Positions 29,571 through 40,352 are shown, numbered from the stretch's first letter. The stretch is DNA of 64,000 nucleotides from Bacteroidales bacterium (GCA_022653675.1 JALCST010000008.1:18234-82233); one strand, 5' to 3'. Notes: generated by a model not told the origin, from the sequence alone. Made by a program: numbers and translations.

Positions 29571-29796
29571 TCTTAGGTTTTGGTTCACTTGTCTTATCGC
29601 AACAAAATTGGATAAAATAATCTCAAAAAAAAAATAAAAATAGGTTTATTTTTTTCGCAAAAACGCAATAATCTAAAAATCAGAATGATTTTTTTGATAA
29701 TTTATAAATATCTTACAATAAAACACTTAGCAGTGTATTTTTTTCTATCTATTTGTCAAATGCCTATTTAGAAATTAGAGGAATTTTAATCCCTAT
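29571..29796. other. AT-rich intergenic region upstream of dnaA: dnaA promoter and candidate oriC/DNA-unwinding region
   Basis: Long A and T runs (tctcaaaaaaaaaataaaaatagg, tttatttttttcgc, gatttttttgataatttataaata). The 8-mer AATAATCT is repeated at 29616 and 29667. Two weak DnaA-box-like 9-mers (ATTGGATAA at 29607, TTTTGATAA at 29692) each have 2 mismatches to TGTGGATAA. There is no perfect box. Confidence 0.3.
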
Positions 29797-30888
29797 TCAC
29801 CGATTGACTATAACCCCGTTTTCCACATAAACCACGAAGCAATCCTTAAAATTCCGGCGATATTCCTTGAGTGCGGCCCTGGCATCTTCCGGGGAAGCAT
29901 ACGAGCCTACGCAATACTTATAAAAGGAACCTCCCCTTATAGGCTCGGCTCCCTCCACACCCTTTAAAGTATAATCGCCCTTCTTCAAAAGTTTGGTGAC
30001 AGCGAACAGCTGGATCCTCCACACCCCATCGGTCTTCTCCTTTACCCGTACGGCGGAATCGACGGCAGAGCCACCCTCATTATCAAGTTCGACATTGCTG
30101 TCATACCGTTTCTTGAACTGACCGAAAGCATCGGCTATCCTTCTAGCCATCTGATCCCTTCCGCTTTCCGAAGCCAGGATCCTGCGATCCCCGACGTTCG
30201 ATATGAATCCGAGTTCCACAAGTACAGCTGGCATCGCCGTCCTCCAAAGAACAAGAAGCCCGCCCTGCTTTATGCCCCTATTACCTTTTATAGGCCCCTT
30301 GGAAAGGTTCTTTTGAATGTCCGCTGCTAATGCAAGGCTCTGTTCGAAATATGCGTTTTGCATCAGGTTCATAAATATGTAAGACTCGGGATCGGAAGGA
30401 TCGAATCCCTGATATCTGGTCTCGTAATCATTTTCAAGGAGGATGACGGAATTTTCCGCTTTGCATACCGCCATGTTCGCCGAACTCTTGTTAGTTCCCA
30501 TGACGAAAGTTTCGGAGCCATTGGCCCGGGGAGATTGCGGCGCCGAATTCACATGTATAGAGATGAACAGGTCCGCATCCTTCTTATTAGCGAAATCGGT
30601 CCTGGCATTGAGTTCGACCTGCACATCCCTCGTCCTGGTATATAGCACTTCGACTTCCGGATAATCATTTTTTATATATCGGCCGACCCTCATGGCCACA
30701 TCCAGGGTGATATTTTTTTCCCGCAGCCTGCGGTCCTGGCTGAGGCAACCTGGATCAACGCCACCGTGGCCGGCATCGATCACGACCCTCCTGAGACGCA
30801 CGACGCCGTTTTTTGAAGCACAGTAACCCGTCAGGCACAGGACAGCAAAAAAAGTGACCAGCAATGCTCTCTTGACCGGCAATGGCAT
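29797..30888 (-). CDS. N-acetylmuramoyl-L-alanine amidase (Amidase_3) with a C-terminal SPOR-like domain
   Basis: Signal/TM segment, then VVIDAGHGGVDPG...SIHVNS...SETFV...LVELGFISN. The C-terminus VWRIQLFAV...YKYCVGSYASPEDARAALKE is SPOR-like. ATG 30888 was chosen. Confidence 0.85.
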   Translation of the reverse strand: MPLPVKRALLVTFFAVLCLTGYCASKNGVVRLRRVVIDAGHGGVDPGCLSQDRRLREKNITLDVAMRVGRYIKNDYPEVEVLYTRTRDVQVELNARTDFANKKDADLFISIHVNSAPQSPRANGSETFVMGTNKSSANMAVCKAENSVILLENDYETRYQGFDPSDPESYIFMNLMQNAYFEQSLALAADIQKNLSKGPIKGNRGIKQGGLLVLWRTAMPAVLVELGFISNVGDRRILASESGRDQMARRIADAFGQFKKRYDSNVELDNEGGSAVDSAVRVKEKTDGVWRIQLFAVTKLLKKGDYTLKGVEGAEPIRGGSFYKYCVGSYASPEDARAALKEYRRNFKDCFVVYVENGVIVNR

Positions 30889-30908
30889 ATAAATTGTAAA
30901 AGTTTTGT

Positions 30909-30916
30909 TAATTTTG
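30909..30916 (+). promoter_or_regulatory. -7 box TAATTTTG upstream of the LptD-like gene
   Basis: Exact TAnnTTTG 45 nt upstream of ATG 30961. Confidence 0.4.
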
Positions 30917-30923
30917 TTCTTTG

Positions 30924-30931
30924 CAAATGTA
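30924..30931 (-). promoter_or_regulatory. -7 box TACATTTG upstream of the amidase gene
   Basis: Exact TAnnTTTG on the minus strand, 36 nt upstream of ATG 30888. It is back-to-back with the plus-strand box. Confidence 0.4.
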
Positions 30932-30960
30932 AAAAAATTTGCTCCATTTATCAATTCATA

Positions 30961-33678
30961 ATGTCGTTTAGGAAGCACTCCCTCACATTATTTATGATCG
31001 TGGCACTGCTTTCGGCCACATTACCGGCATTCGCCCAAAGGGCTCCGGCCGATACAAGCAGACATGAGATCGATTCCACTACCATCCTAAGGCATGCGGA
31101 CTCCGTGGCCTTTGCGAAGGACTCGTCGCAAGTCAACGATACCTCCCTTTCCCAACGTCCTCCCAAGCCAAAGGGATCGCTTGCCATGCCGGCATTTTCT
31201 AACGCCAGGGATTCGGTCATCGAGGATTTCACAAATGGACAAAAGATGATCTACTACTACGGCGACGTGACGGTCAAATACGGCGACATAACGATTACCT
31301 CCGACTATATGGCATATGACCTCGAACATAACACCGTATATTGCAAGGGGACAATGGATACCATAACGCATACCTTAACAGGTGAACCCAAAATGACCGA
31401 GGGATCTACAGACTACGAAATGGAAACCCTGCTCTACAACTTCAATTCGCGGAAGGCCAGAATCACTAATATGACTACCAAACAGCAGGACGGCACCCTT
31501 CAAGGGGCGAAACTGAAGAAGATGCCGGACAACAGCTTCAATATTAAGAACGGGAAATATACCGTTTGCGATGCTCCCAATCCCCATTATTATTTAAAGA
31601 TGACTACAGTCAAGGTAATGACGGAACCGACGCAGCAGACCGTTTTCGGCCCGGCGTACGTCGTCGTCGAGGATGTTCCCCTTCCCATCGGCGTTCCGTT
31701 CGGTTTCGTGCCCAAAATGCCCGACAGGGCGAGCGGAGTTCTCATACCTACCTATGGGGAAGAGAAGTCGAGAGGTTTGTACATAAAGGGACTGGGTTAC
31801 TATTTCGTGTTCGGCAACTACTTCGACCTTTCCGTTACAGGCGACTATTACACCCTGGGATCATGGGCAGTCAATCTGACCAGCCGGTATAAGGTAAAAT
31901 ACAAGTTCGACGGAAGTTTCACGCTAAAGTATTCGGTCGATCAAACGGGCGAGAGGGACAGTCCCGACTTTTATCAGACAAAGAATTTCGGCGTAACATG
32001 GTCCCACTCCCAGGACTCAAAAGCCAACCCCGGGACATCATTCAAGGCCTCCGTCAACTTCTCCAGCCCTTCCAACAGCAGGTATAACTCCACAAGCGTT
32101 TCGCAGGGACTACAGAACCAGTCCTCGTCTTCAATCTCTTATTCCAAGACCTTTACGGGAGGCTCCATCTCGGTCAATGCCCTGCACACCCAGAACTCGA
32201 CCGACAGTTCCTACAGCATAACCTTCCCTAACGTCACCCTGACATTGAACAGGTTTTACCCATTCAAAAGAAAACAGAGCGTAGGTTCTGAAAAGTTCTG
32301 GGAAAAAATATCCCTCAGCTACAATACCACCCTGCAGAACAAGATAAGCTTCACCACGGCGGAACTCGACACGATGAATTTCCTTTCGAAACTGCAGAAC
32401 GGCATGACGCACAATTTTTCCATAGGGCTCCCTTCCTTCACCCTGCTGAACTACATCAACGTTTCCCCGTCCGTTTCCTACGGGATGAATTGGTACTTCA
32501 GGGAGATGACAAAGAGTTATGACGAAAAGAGCAATTCGGTCATAACATCATATAGCGACCAGTTCAGTCATTTCGGCGTTTCACAGACATTCTCATCCGG
32601 AGTATCCATGTCAACCAGGATATACGGCCTCTTCCAATTCGGTAACAGAACTAAACTTCAAGCCATAAGGCATATGATAACCCCTTCCCTGAGCATCAGT
32701 TACAAGCCCGAACTGGGCACCCCCCTAAACGGTTTCAAGACGCTCACCTACACCGACAACAACGGAAAGGAACAGACAGTGGAATACAACAAATACAGCG
32801 GCAACCTTTACTCCCCTCCAGGCAAGGGGAGAACCGCAGCCCTCAGCTTTTCAGTAGGAAACAACCTCGAAGCAAAGGTCAGGAATCCATCCGACACCAC
32901 CGGGAAGGGGACAAAGAAGGTAAAGCTTCTCGACCAGCTTAATTTCAGCGGTTCGTACAATTTTCTGGCAGATTCTCTTAGACTCTCCAACATTTCCGTT
33001 TCCGCTTCCACCACGATCTTCGGCAAAATGGCGTTGAGCGGCAACATGACCCTTAACCCTTATGCCGTAAATTACAGGGGAACTCCCATAAACAAACTGC
33101 AGATACTGGAACCCGGAAATTTCAAAATCGCAAGGCTGACCAATGCAAGCGCATCGCTGTCATACTCCCTGAACGGAAAGGGAGAAATCAAGGGTAACGA
33201 CGGACACGGCACAAACGGGGGGAGCAGTTCGGGCAAAGGCAGCTCCTCCGATTACGTAAGGGTTTACGAAAACCCAATGACGGGGGAATACATCCCGGGC
33301 GGATGGGTATACTATCTCAATCCTTCGATTCCATGGTCATTAAGCTTCAGCCTCAACTATTCGTTTTCGCGATCCTATCAATACGCCAACGAAACCCTGG
33401 TCACGAAGAACTCCAACGTAGAAACGATGAGCGTATCGGGTCAGGTACACCTGACGCCGCGCATGAACCTTAACCTGAATACCGGTTTCGATCTCGCAAA
33501 GATGAAGATGACTACAACCCAGCTGAGCGCCACATACGACCTTCACTGTTTCAACATCTCGGTCTCATGGGTGCCTAGCGGCAAGTGGGCAAGCTGGAGC
33601 TTCCGGATAGCAGCCAATGCTGCCTCACTCTCCGACATCCTGCAGTACAAGAAATCTTCAAGTTATTGGGACAATTAG
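30961..33678 (+). CDS. Outer-membrane LPS-assembly protein, LptD-like (OstA-type N-domain + large beta-barrel)
   Basis: Signal peptide ...LPAFAQ. OstA-like jellyroll region (IYYYGDVTVKYGDITITSDYMAYDLEHNTVYCKG...). The long Ser/Asn/Tyr-rich alternating beta-strand region ends aromatic-rich (SSSYWDN). Confidence 0.6.
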   Translation: MSFRKHSLTLFMIVALLSATLPAFAQRAPADTSRHEIDSTTILRHADSVAFAKDSSQVNDTSLSQRPPKPKGSLAMPAFSNARDSVIEDFTNGQKMIYYYGDVTVKYGDITITSDYMAYDLEHNTVYCKGTMDTITHTLTGEPKMTEGSTDYEMETLLYNFNSRKARITNMTTKQQDGTLQGAKLKKMPDNSFNIKNGKYTVCDAPNPHYYLKMTTVKVMTEPTQQTVFGPAYVVVEDVPLPIGVPFGFVPKMPDRASGVLIPTYGEEKSRGLYIKGLGYYFVFGNYFDLSVTGDYYTLGSWAVNLTSRYKVKYKFDGSFTLKYSVDQTGERDSPDFYQTKNFGVTWSHSQDSKANPGTSFKASVNFSSPSNSRYNSTSVSQGLQNQSSSSISYSKTFTGGSISVNALHTQNSTDSSYSITFPNVTLTLNRFYPFKRKQSVGSEKFWEKISLSYNTTLQNKISFTTAELDTMNFLSKLQNGMTHNFSIGLPSFTLLNYINVSPSVSYGMNWYFREMTKSYDEKSNSVITSYSDQFSHFGVSQTFSSGVSMSTRIYGLFQFGNRTKLQAIRHMITPSLSISYKPELGTPLNGFKTLTYTDNNGKEQTVEYNKYSGNLYSPPGKGRTAALSFSVGNNLEAKVRNPSDTTGKGTKKVKLLDQLNFSGSYNFLADSLRLSNISVSASTTIFGKMALSGNMTLNPYAVNYRGTPINKLQILEPGNFKIARLTNASASLSYSLNGKGEIKGNDGHGTNGGSSSGKGSSSDYVRVYENPMTGEYIPGGWVYYLNPSIPWSLSFSLNYSFSRSYQYANETLVTKNSNVETMSVSGQVHLTPRMNLNLNTGFDLAKMKMTTTQLSATYDLHCFNISVSWVPSGKWASWSFRIAANAASLSDILQYKKSSSYWDN

Positions 33679-33685
33679 TCGTTTT

Positions 33686-33717
33686 TTTGTTGTATTCCCA
33701 TTTTTTCCATATTTTTG
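33686..33717 (+). promoter_or_regulatory. -33 TTTG / -7 TATTTTTG promoter upstream of rho
   Basis: TTTG (33686-33689), a 20-nt spacer, then TATTTTTG (33710-33717). The rho ATG is 64 nt downstream. Confidence 0.55.
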
Positions 33718-33780
33718 CAATATCAATTGAATATCCGGTGTGGTCCGGAATTTCCTATTTTTATTTCCAATTACATCTTT

Positions 33781-35781
33781 ATGTATAATAAATTTCAACT
33801 GGACAACAAAACCATAGAGGATTTGGTTGCCATCGCAAAGGAGTTAAACATTCCCAAGCCAGAATCTTACAATAAGGAAGATCTTGTTCTGACCATAATA
33901 GACGCACAAGCGGAACAGAGCAAAGACATACCTATAAAAAAGAACCAACCGCCAAAGAAAAAAATCTCTTCGATAACAGGGGATCCTTCAACCGAAGATG
34001 CGAAAAAAAAGGAAGCCTCCAAACAAAGGCCGCCCGAGAGGAAGCGCGGACGCCCGGCGGGAAGCAAGAACAAGAAAAAAACGGCCGCTACCCCGGCAAA
34101 AGCCGCGGTGAACCCACAAATGCAACAACCTGCTAAGGTGGCCGCACAGAATATCCAACCTTCCCAACCGGCCATTGTAAAGGATAAACAACAGCAAACT
34201 CAGAGCCAACCAACCGTTAAGGATGCGAAGCCCGAGAGCGGCAAACAGCCGGTCCAGAACAACCAGCGTACCGAGAGCGAGATACAACGTCACCCGCGGC
34301 AGCGAATAAAAAGGCAGGGATCACCGCAACAGCTTTTTTCCACATCAGTCCATCCTGCGTCTCCCGTCAAAGAAGAGAAAAAAGTAGTATTGAATGAGAT
34401 CGACGGGGACGATACCGAACCGGACGCAACTGTGGAAGAACGAAACTTCAAGGATCAAAAACAGTTCCACCATGTCCACGACCAACGCGACAGGCATGCG
34501 GATCAAGCCAAGCCGGCTGATGCCACCAAGCAGGGACAGGAAAAGGAACAGGAAAAAGAAAAGGAACAGGGTCAACCACGTCCCCAATATCAGCAGAAAA
34601 ACATACGTCAGAATCCGAATCATCCCGAAAAGGAGCCGCACACAAACTTTGAAGGGATAGTGGAAGCTTCCGGATGCCTGGAAATAATGCCTGACGGCTA
34701 CGGATTTCTGCGTTCATCTGACTACAACTATTTGAACTCACCTGACGATATTTACGTATCGGCGCAACAGATAAAGAATTACGCTCTCAAGACAGGAGAT
34801 ACCGTATTTGGGGAAATCCGACCTCCGAGGGAAGGCGACAAATACTTTCCTCTTGTAAAAATCAACAAGATCAACGGACTTGATCCCGAAATGATCCGCG
34901 ACAGGGTTCCGTTCGATTTCTTGACGCCGCTGTTTCCCAACGAGAAATTCAATCTTTGCGGACACGGCCATGGAACCAATATTTCAATAAGAATCGTGGA
35001 CCTTTTCACCCCTATCGGGAAGGGACAGCGCGGACTTATAGTGGCACAACCGAAAACCGGAAAGACGGTGCTCCTTAAGGATATCGCAAATGCGATAGCC
35101 GACAACCATCCGGAAGTATATATGATAGTGCTGCTGATCGACGAACGCCCTGAAGAGGTGACGGACATGGAACGCAGCGTCAAGGCCGAAGTGGTAGCAT
35201 CCACCTTCGACGAACCAGCCGACCATCATGTGAAAGTGGCAAGCATGGTTCTCGAAAAGGCAAAAAGAATGGTGGAATGCGGACACGACGTAGTTATCCT
35301 GCTCGATTCCATAACACGTCTGGCACGTGCATTCAATACAGTACAGCCGGCATCCGGCAAGGTACTGTCGGGCGGCGTCGACGCCAACGCCCTGCATAAG
35401 CCGAAACGCTTCTTCGGTGCTGCGCGCAACATAGAAGGAGGAGGTTCCCTAACTATACTGGCGACCGCCCTCATCGATACCGGCAGCAAGATGGACGAGG
35501 TGATATTCGAGGAATTCAAGGGAACTGGCAACATGGAGCTGCAGCTTGACCGCAAGCTATCCAACAAACGTATATTCCCTGCAGTCGACGTCACCCTTTC
35601 AAGCACCCGACGCGACGACCTTCTGTATCCTAACGAATATCTAAACCGTATTTGGATACTTCGCAACCATCTTGCCGACATGACCTCAGTCGAAGCCATG
35701 GAATTCATGAAGAACAGGCTTCAAAGAACCGTAAGCAACGAAGAATTCCTGGTCACAATGAATGGGGACAAATTGAGCTAA
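33781..35781 (+). CDS. rho: Transcription termination factor Rho with a large N-terminal insertion (666 aa)
   Basis: Rho_N helix bundle ([19 protein letters not shown]), a ~243-aa low-complexity insert, and the CSD-like domain ([20 protein letters not shown]...[18 protein letters not shown]). The ATPase core has [26 protein letters not shown] and [20 protein letters not shown] 33781 was chosen because the ORF-track TTG at 33715 lies in the -7 box. Confidence 0.95.
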   Translation: MYNKFQLDNKTIEDLVAIAKELNIPKPESYNKEDLVLTIIDAQAEQSKDIPIKKNQPPKKKISSITGDPSTEDAKKKEASKQRPPERKRGRPAGSKNKKKTAATPAKAAVNPQMQQPAKVAAQNIQPSQPAIVKDKQQQTQSQPTVKDAKPESGKQPVQNNQRTESEIQRHPRQRIKRQGSPQQLFSTSVHPASPVKEEKKVVLNEIDGDDTEPDATVEERNFKDQKQFHHVHDQRDRHADQAKPADATKQGQEKEQEKEKEQGQPRPQYQQKNIRQNPNHPEKEPHTNFEGIVEASGCLEIMPDGYGFLRSSDYNYLNSPDDIYVSAQQIKNYALKTGDTVFGEIRPPREGDKYFPLVKINKINGLDPEMIRDRVPFDFLTPLFPNEKFNLCGHGHGTNISIRIVDLFTPIGKGQRGLIVAQPKTGKTVLLKDIANAIADNHPEVYMIVLLIDERPEEVTDMERSVKAEVVASTFDEPADHHVKVASMVLEKAKRMVECGHDVVILLDSITRLARAFNTVQPASGKVLSGGVDANALHKPKRFFGAARNIEGGGSLTILATALIDTGSKMDEVIFEEFKGTGNMELQLDRKLSNKRIFPAVDVTLSSTRRDDLLYPNEYLNRIWILRNHLADMTSVEAMEFMKNRLQRTVSNEEFLVTMNGDKLS

Positions 35782-35787
35782 TTCCAT

Positions 35788-36999
35788 ATGGGCCCCATAT
35801 TCCTATACCTGATTTTGGCAATCGGCGTTTCTTTCCTCTGTTCCATTCTAGAAGCGGTCCTGATGTCCACTCCATTGTCATATGTCACAATGAAGGTAGA
35901 GCAGGGTTCCAAGGGAGCCAAACTCTTCAAGAAGTATAAGGAAAACAACGCAAGGCCCATCGCAGCAATTCTGACCCTAAACACCATAGCCAATACGGTA
36001 GGTGCGGCGGGAGTAGGAACGACGGCCACGGCATATTTCGGGGAGCAGTATTTCGGTTACATATCTGCGGCCATAACGGTCCTGATTCTGGTTTTCAGCG
36101 AGATAATTCCGAAAAATATCGGTTCGAACTATTGGAAGGGACTGATACCTTTTACTGCAAACACAATAAGAATCCTCATAGTGGTTCTCTTCCCGTTTGT
36201 TATCATATCCGAATGGATCACCAAGCTAATACGTCCGTCCAAATACGATTCCACCATAAGCCGCGAAGAGGTCTCCACCATGGCCAATCTCGGCGAGAAG
36301 GAAGGCAGTATCGAAAAAACGGAGAACAAGGTGATTCAGAATCTCATTAAGCTCGGTAGCATAAAAGCTTCAGACGTCATGACGCCGAGAGTGGTATCGG
36401 CAATAGCACCGGAGAATATGAAATTGAAGGAATTCTACAAGAAGAAAAGTTTCCTTCACCATTCGAGGATTCCAGTTTACTCGGATTCCCCCGAATACAT
36501 AACTGGCTACGTGCTGCGGGGACAGATACTGGAATACCTTGCGGACGACAAATTCGACGTAACGCTTGGGGATATCAAGCGCGACATAGCATGCTTCAGC
36601 GAAGATGTATCCATAAGCACGGTATGGGAGTCCATGCTCGAGCTTAAGGAACAGATAGCCCTTATCATCGACCAATACGGCACATTCCAGGGTATCATAA
36701 CCCTCGAGGACATAATAGAGACTATCTTTGGCTTGGAGATCACGGATGAGAAGGACGAAGTGGCTGACATGCAAAAACTTGCAAAGCAACGCTGGGAAGA
36801 ACGGCTAGTCAAATACAAGCATATCACTCCTTTGGATGACGACGATGACGAGCCGGGGGAACCGGACGACATCATAATTACCCAGAATGCCAAAATAAAG
36901 AAGAATTTCGACAAACTGCAGAAGGAGGCGGAGGAACAGCGGCAACGCAAGGAGGGGGAAAAAGAGGAATCTGACGACTATTCAAAGTCAGATTCATGA
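35788..36999 (+). CDS. CNNM/DUF21 transmembrane domain + CBS-pair protein (hemolysin/CorC-like family) with a charged C-terminal tail
   Basis: N-terminal 4-TM DUF21 region (LEAVLMSTP...[13 protein letters not shown]...FSEIIPKN) and a CBS pair (ASDVMTPRV...[20 protein letters not shown]). No CorC_HlyC-like C-domain is recognisable. Confidence 0.8.
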   Translation: MGPIFLYLILAIGVSFLCSILEAVLMSTPLSYVTMKVEQGSKGAKLFKKYKENNARPIAAILTLNTIANTVGAAGVGTTATAYFGEQYFGYISAAITVLILVFSEIIPKNIGSNYWKGLIPFTANTIRILIVVLFPFVIISEWITKLIRPSKYDSTISREEVSTMANLGEKEGSIEKTENKVIQNLIKLGSIKASDVMTPRVVSAIAPENMKLKEFYKKKSFLHHSRIPVYSDSPEYITGYVLRGQILEYLADDKFDVTLGDIKRDIACFSEDVSISTVWESMLELKEQIALIIDQYGTFQGIITLEDIIETIFGLEITDEKDEVADMQKLAKQRWEERLVKYKHITPLDDDDDEPGEPDDIIITQNAKIKKNFDKLQKEAEEQRQRKEGEKEESDDYSKSDS

Positions 37000-38259
37000 C
37001 ATTTCCGTTCCGGTAAAGTTCTTGAGTTTTTCCTTCGCATACTGCAGGGAGACGGTGAATGTTTTCCTTTCTGAAGAGGGAGCTTCATACATGGCATCCA
37101 TCATTATCGCCTCGCATATTCCACGCAAGCCACGGGCCCCAAGCCTGAATTTTATGCTCGTATCCACTATAAGGTCGAGTACTTCAGGTTTGATTACCAG
37201 CTTTACGCCGTCTATTTCGAATAATTTCCTATACTGCTTGACAAGGGCGTTTCTCGGCTTTGTCAGGATATCTTTGAGCGCTTCGCGCGACAGGGGAAGA
37301 AGATGGGTCACCACCGGAAGCCTGCCAACAATCTCCGGAATCAACCCGTAGGAACGCAAATCCTGAGGAGAAACGTATTTTATAAGATCTTCCTTGCTTA
37401 TCTTTTCGCCCATTACCGAATTGCCGTAACCTACTACCTGTGTATTGAGACGATTCCCTATATGGCGTTCAATTCCTTCAAACGCCCCACCGCAAATAAA
37501 AAGGATATTGTCAGTGTTAACCTGTATGAATTCCTGTTCCGGATGTTTCCTTCCGCCTTGAGGAGGGACGTTGACTATACTGCCTTCTAGCAGCTTCAAA
37601 AGGGCCTGTTGCACACCCTCTCCGGAAACGTCGCGGGTAATGCTGGGATTATCGCTCTTACGGGCTATCTTATCGATCTCATCTATGAAAACTATACCCT
37701 TTTCTGCCAGCGAAACATCGAAATCGGCGGCTTGCAGAAGACGAGTCAGAATACTTTCCACATCTTCCCCGACATATCCGGCTTCAGTAAGGACTGTGGC
37801 ATCCACAATCGCGAATGGGACGTTGAGAAGTTTGGCTATTGTTCTGGCGAGCAACGTCTTGCCTGTCCCTGTGGGGCCTACCAGAAGGATATTCGACTTT
37901 TCAAGCTCGGAATCGTTGTCCAGAGGTTGGCTTATACGCTTGTAATGGTTGTAAACGGCTACGGCAAGAGTTCTTTTAGCCTCCTCCTGCCCTATCACAT
38001 ATTTGTCTAGGTAATCGGTTATGTCCTTAGGTTTCAGCTTGAATTCGGGGACTTTCCCTGCCCGGCAGCCGCTTTCCCCTACGGATTGATGAAGAGCGTT
38101 TTGCACATACTTGTGCGCAAGTTCAGCGCACGTATCGCAAATGGCCCCTTCCGGCCCTTCAAGCAAAATCCTTACTTCGTCCTCGCTGCGGCCGCAGAAA
38201 GAGCATCTTCTCTTTCCCGATCCCTTGTTCGAATCTTCTCCGCTTCCTCCTTCAGCCAT
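36994..38259 (-). CDS. clpX: ATP-dependent Clp protease ATP-binding subunit ClpX
   Basis: Zinc ribbon [10 protein letters not shown]...[25 protein letters not shown] and the IGF-type loop region. Confidence 0.97.
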   Translation of the reverse strand: MAEGGSGEDSNKGSGKRRCSFCGRSEDEVRILLEGPEGAICDTCAELAHKYVQNALHQSVGESGCRAGKVPEFKLKPKDITDYLDKYVIGQEEAKRTLAVAVYNHYKRISQPLDNDSELEKSNILLVGPTGTGKTLLARTIAKLLNVPFAIVDATVLTEAGYVGEDVESILTRLLQAADFDVSLAEKGIVFIDEIDKIARKSDNPSITRDVSGEGVQQALLKLLEGSIVNVPPQGGRKHPEQEFIQVNTDNILFICGGAFEGIERHIGNRLNTQVVGYGNSVMGEKISKEDLIKYVSPQDLRSYGLIPEIVGRLPVVTHLLPLSREALKDILTKPRNALVKQYRKLFEIDGVKLVIKPEVLDLIVDTSIKFRLGARGLRGICEAIMMDAMYEAPSSERKTFTVSLQYAKEKLKNFTGTEMS

Positions 38260-38975
38260 TACTTTTTTTCCTCAACCTTTTTGCTCTTCCTTGCCAGAAT
38301 GGAATCTACCATTCCGTAATCCTTTCCCTCCTGGGCAGTCATCCAATAGTCACGTTCAGCATCCTTATATATGCGTGTGACGCTGTTTCCCGTATGGGAA
38401 GAGAGGATTTCATAAAGCTCGTTCTTCAATCTGACGATTTCCTTGGCTGTGATTTCGATATCGGATGCCGGACCTTCGGCCCCTCCCATAGGTTGATGTA
38501 TCATCATTCTGGAATGAGGCAGTGCACTGCGCTTGCCATGGGCTCCGGCTGCAAGCAATATGGCTGCCATGGAAGCGGCCATTCCGGTGCAGATTGTCGC
38601 CACATCCGTGGAAAGCAGCTGCATCGTATCGTAAATTCCGAGCCCACTGTATACCTGTCCGCCTGGGCTATTGATATAGAGTTGTATGTCGCTTGTAGAA
38701 TCCGTACTGTCAAGATACAGCAACTGAGCCTGGATTATGTTCGCTACGTCGTCGTTGATCTCACAACCTAGAAAAATTATCCTGTCCATCATAAGGCGGG
38801 AGAATACGTCCATCTGGGCCACATTCAACTGCCTCTCTTCAATTATAGTCGGACTTATATAACTGGAATACGGAATCCTGACCTTATCGACCTCTGACTT
38901 GTAACGATCAAGGGTCATGCTACTTATTCCGTGATTTCCCAATGCATACTTTTCAAAATCTGTTTTCATTTGCAT
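38259..38975 (-). CDS. clpP: ATP-dependent Clp protease proteolytic subunit ClpP
   Basis: Catalytic context GMAASMAA (Ser), MIHQP (His) and ERDYWM (Asp). The stop overlaps the clpX ATG by 1 nt. Confidence 0.95.
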   Translation of the reverse strand: MQMKTDFEKYALGNHGISSMTLDRYKSEVDKVRIPYSSYISPTIIEERQLNVAQMDVFSRLMMDRIIFLGCEINDDVANIIQAQLLYLDSTDSTSDIQLYINSPGGQVYSGLGIYDTMQLLSTDVATICTGMAASMAAILLAAGAHGKRSALPHSRMMIHQPMGGAEGPASDIEITAKEIVRLKNELYEILSSHTGNSVTRIYKDAERDYWMTAQEGKDYGMVDSILARKSKKVEEKK

Positions 38976-38984
38976 CTGTGATTT

Positions 38985-40304
38985 CTATTTGAGCCGGCGA
39001 AATTCGTCGAGAGTCACGGATTTCCTGTCGAGAGTAACCACGCCCTTTACATAACCGGCTACGGCCTCTTCTTCCACTTTCTCAAGAATGCGCTGTGCTT
39101 GATCCTTATCTGAGAGGATATTCTGTGCGAATGCAGTCAACTGGTCGTCTGGGACATCGGAAATTCCGTACATGGCATACTGATATGCAGCATACATCTT
39201 TGCCTGTTTCAGCATATCTTCCTTATCAGCCTTCAACTGGTATTTCTTCATGAGATAACCGCTGATCATCTGCCACCGGAAATCCTTTGCAAAGCCATCG
39301 AACTCCTTATCTATGTCTTCCTTGGAATACTTTTCCTTGTTGGCATTGTAAATCCAGCGTTTAAGGAAATTTTCCGGAAGCGGAAGCTCCGTTTTCCCTA
39401 TGTAATATGAACGCACATCCGTGATGAACCTGAAATCGGACTCATGGCTGTACTCAGAAGCAAGGCGTTCCCTTATCTTTGCTGCGAACTCTTCCTCACA
39501 GGTAACGGTACCCTTTTCAAATAACTGGTCGAATATTTCCTGGGTCGGCTCGGCTTTCACGAAGATTTTTATCTGCACGACGGAAGCCTTCCACACCGGA
39601 TCGATAGAGGCGAGTTCCTCCTTCTTGACGCGAAGAACATTAGCACGCTCCGTCTCGTCCGGAAAAGTACTGGTCATGTCTACATCGAACGAATCCCCTT
39701 TTTTCTTTCCTATGAAAACTGCACGCTGCCCCTTGTCGGCTATGCGTGGAAGGGTTATGTAAACATCTTCCAACTTCCTGTCACCCTGTTCCATGTTCAA
39801 GGTCATGAAGCTCTCTTCGCCAGAGACATCAGCGTCCTCTAATTTACCGAAGCGGCGCAGCATGCTCTCCCGGTAATCAGCTACAGCCTTATCATCTGTT
39901 TTGATGTCGTAATAAGGGATGCTGTCATCCTTAGTCACATCGAAATCGATCTTCGGGGCAAGTCCCATGTCGAAGGAAAAGGAAAACTTGTCAGGATTGT
40001 TCCAATCGTTCTTGTCCTCCTCCTCGCTTGGGATAGGTTCTCCGAGAAGGTTCAATTCGTTGTCTTTTATATATTTTTCAAGTGCAGAGGAGACGACTTC
40101 ATTTATACTGTCGGCAAGCGCTTCGGGACCGCGCAGATGCTCGATAAGTCCCATCGGAGCATTTCCCTTCCTGAAACCCTTTATTTCTGCTTTCCTGCGG
40201 AATTCCTTCAGTCTTTTGACTTTCATTTCCTGGTAATCTGCATTCTCGATTTCGATCGTTACGGTCCTGTTCAGATCGTCTGTTTGTTTTGTAGCGATAT
40301 TCAT
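38985..40304 (-). CDS. tig: Trigger factor
   Basis: N-terminal ribosome-binding motif GFRKGNAP. Size and position upstream of clpP-clpX fit. Confidence 0.92.
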   Translation of the reverse strand: MNIATKQTDDLNRTVTIEIENADYQEMKVKRLKEFRRKAEIKGFRKGNAPMGLIEHLRGPEALADSINEVVSSALEKYIKDNELNLLGEPIPSEEEDKNDWNNPDKFSFSFDMGLAPKIDFDVTKDDSIPYYDIKTDDKAVADYRESMLRRFGKLEDADVSGEESFMTLNMEQGDRKLEDVYITLPRIADKGQRAVFIGKKKGDSFDVDMTSTFPDETERANVLRVKKEELASIDPVWKASVVQIKIFVKAEPTQEIFDQLFEKGTVTCEEEFAAKIRERLASEYSHESDFRFITDVRSYYIGKTELPLPENFLKRWIYNANKEKYSKEDIDKEFDGFAKDFRWQMISGYLMKKYQLKADKEDMLKQAKMYAAYQYAMYGISDVPDDQLTAFAQNILSDKDQAQRILEKVEEEAVAGYVKGVVTLDRKSVTLDEFRRLK

Positions 40305-40344
40305 CCCTTTATAATTTGTCTAAAGTCATTTCAATTGAGGGTGG

Positions 40345-40352
40345 CAAAATTA
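40345..40352 (-). promoter_or_regulatory. -7 box TAATTTTG upstream of tig
   Basis: Exact TAnnTTTG on the minus strand, 41 nt upstream of ATG 40304. Confidence 0.45.

Noticed and set aside
29589-30960. Confident oriC call based on the dnaA neighbourhood
   Set aside because: I could not find a single perfect DnaA box (TTATCCACA/TGTGGATAA) in either flanking intergenic gap, and I cannot compute GC skew here. It stays a low-confidence candidate only.
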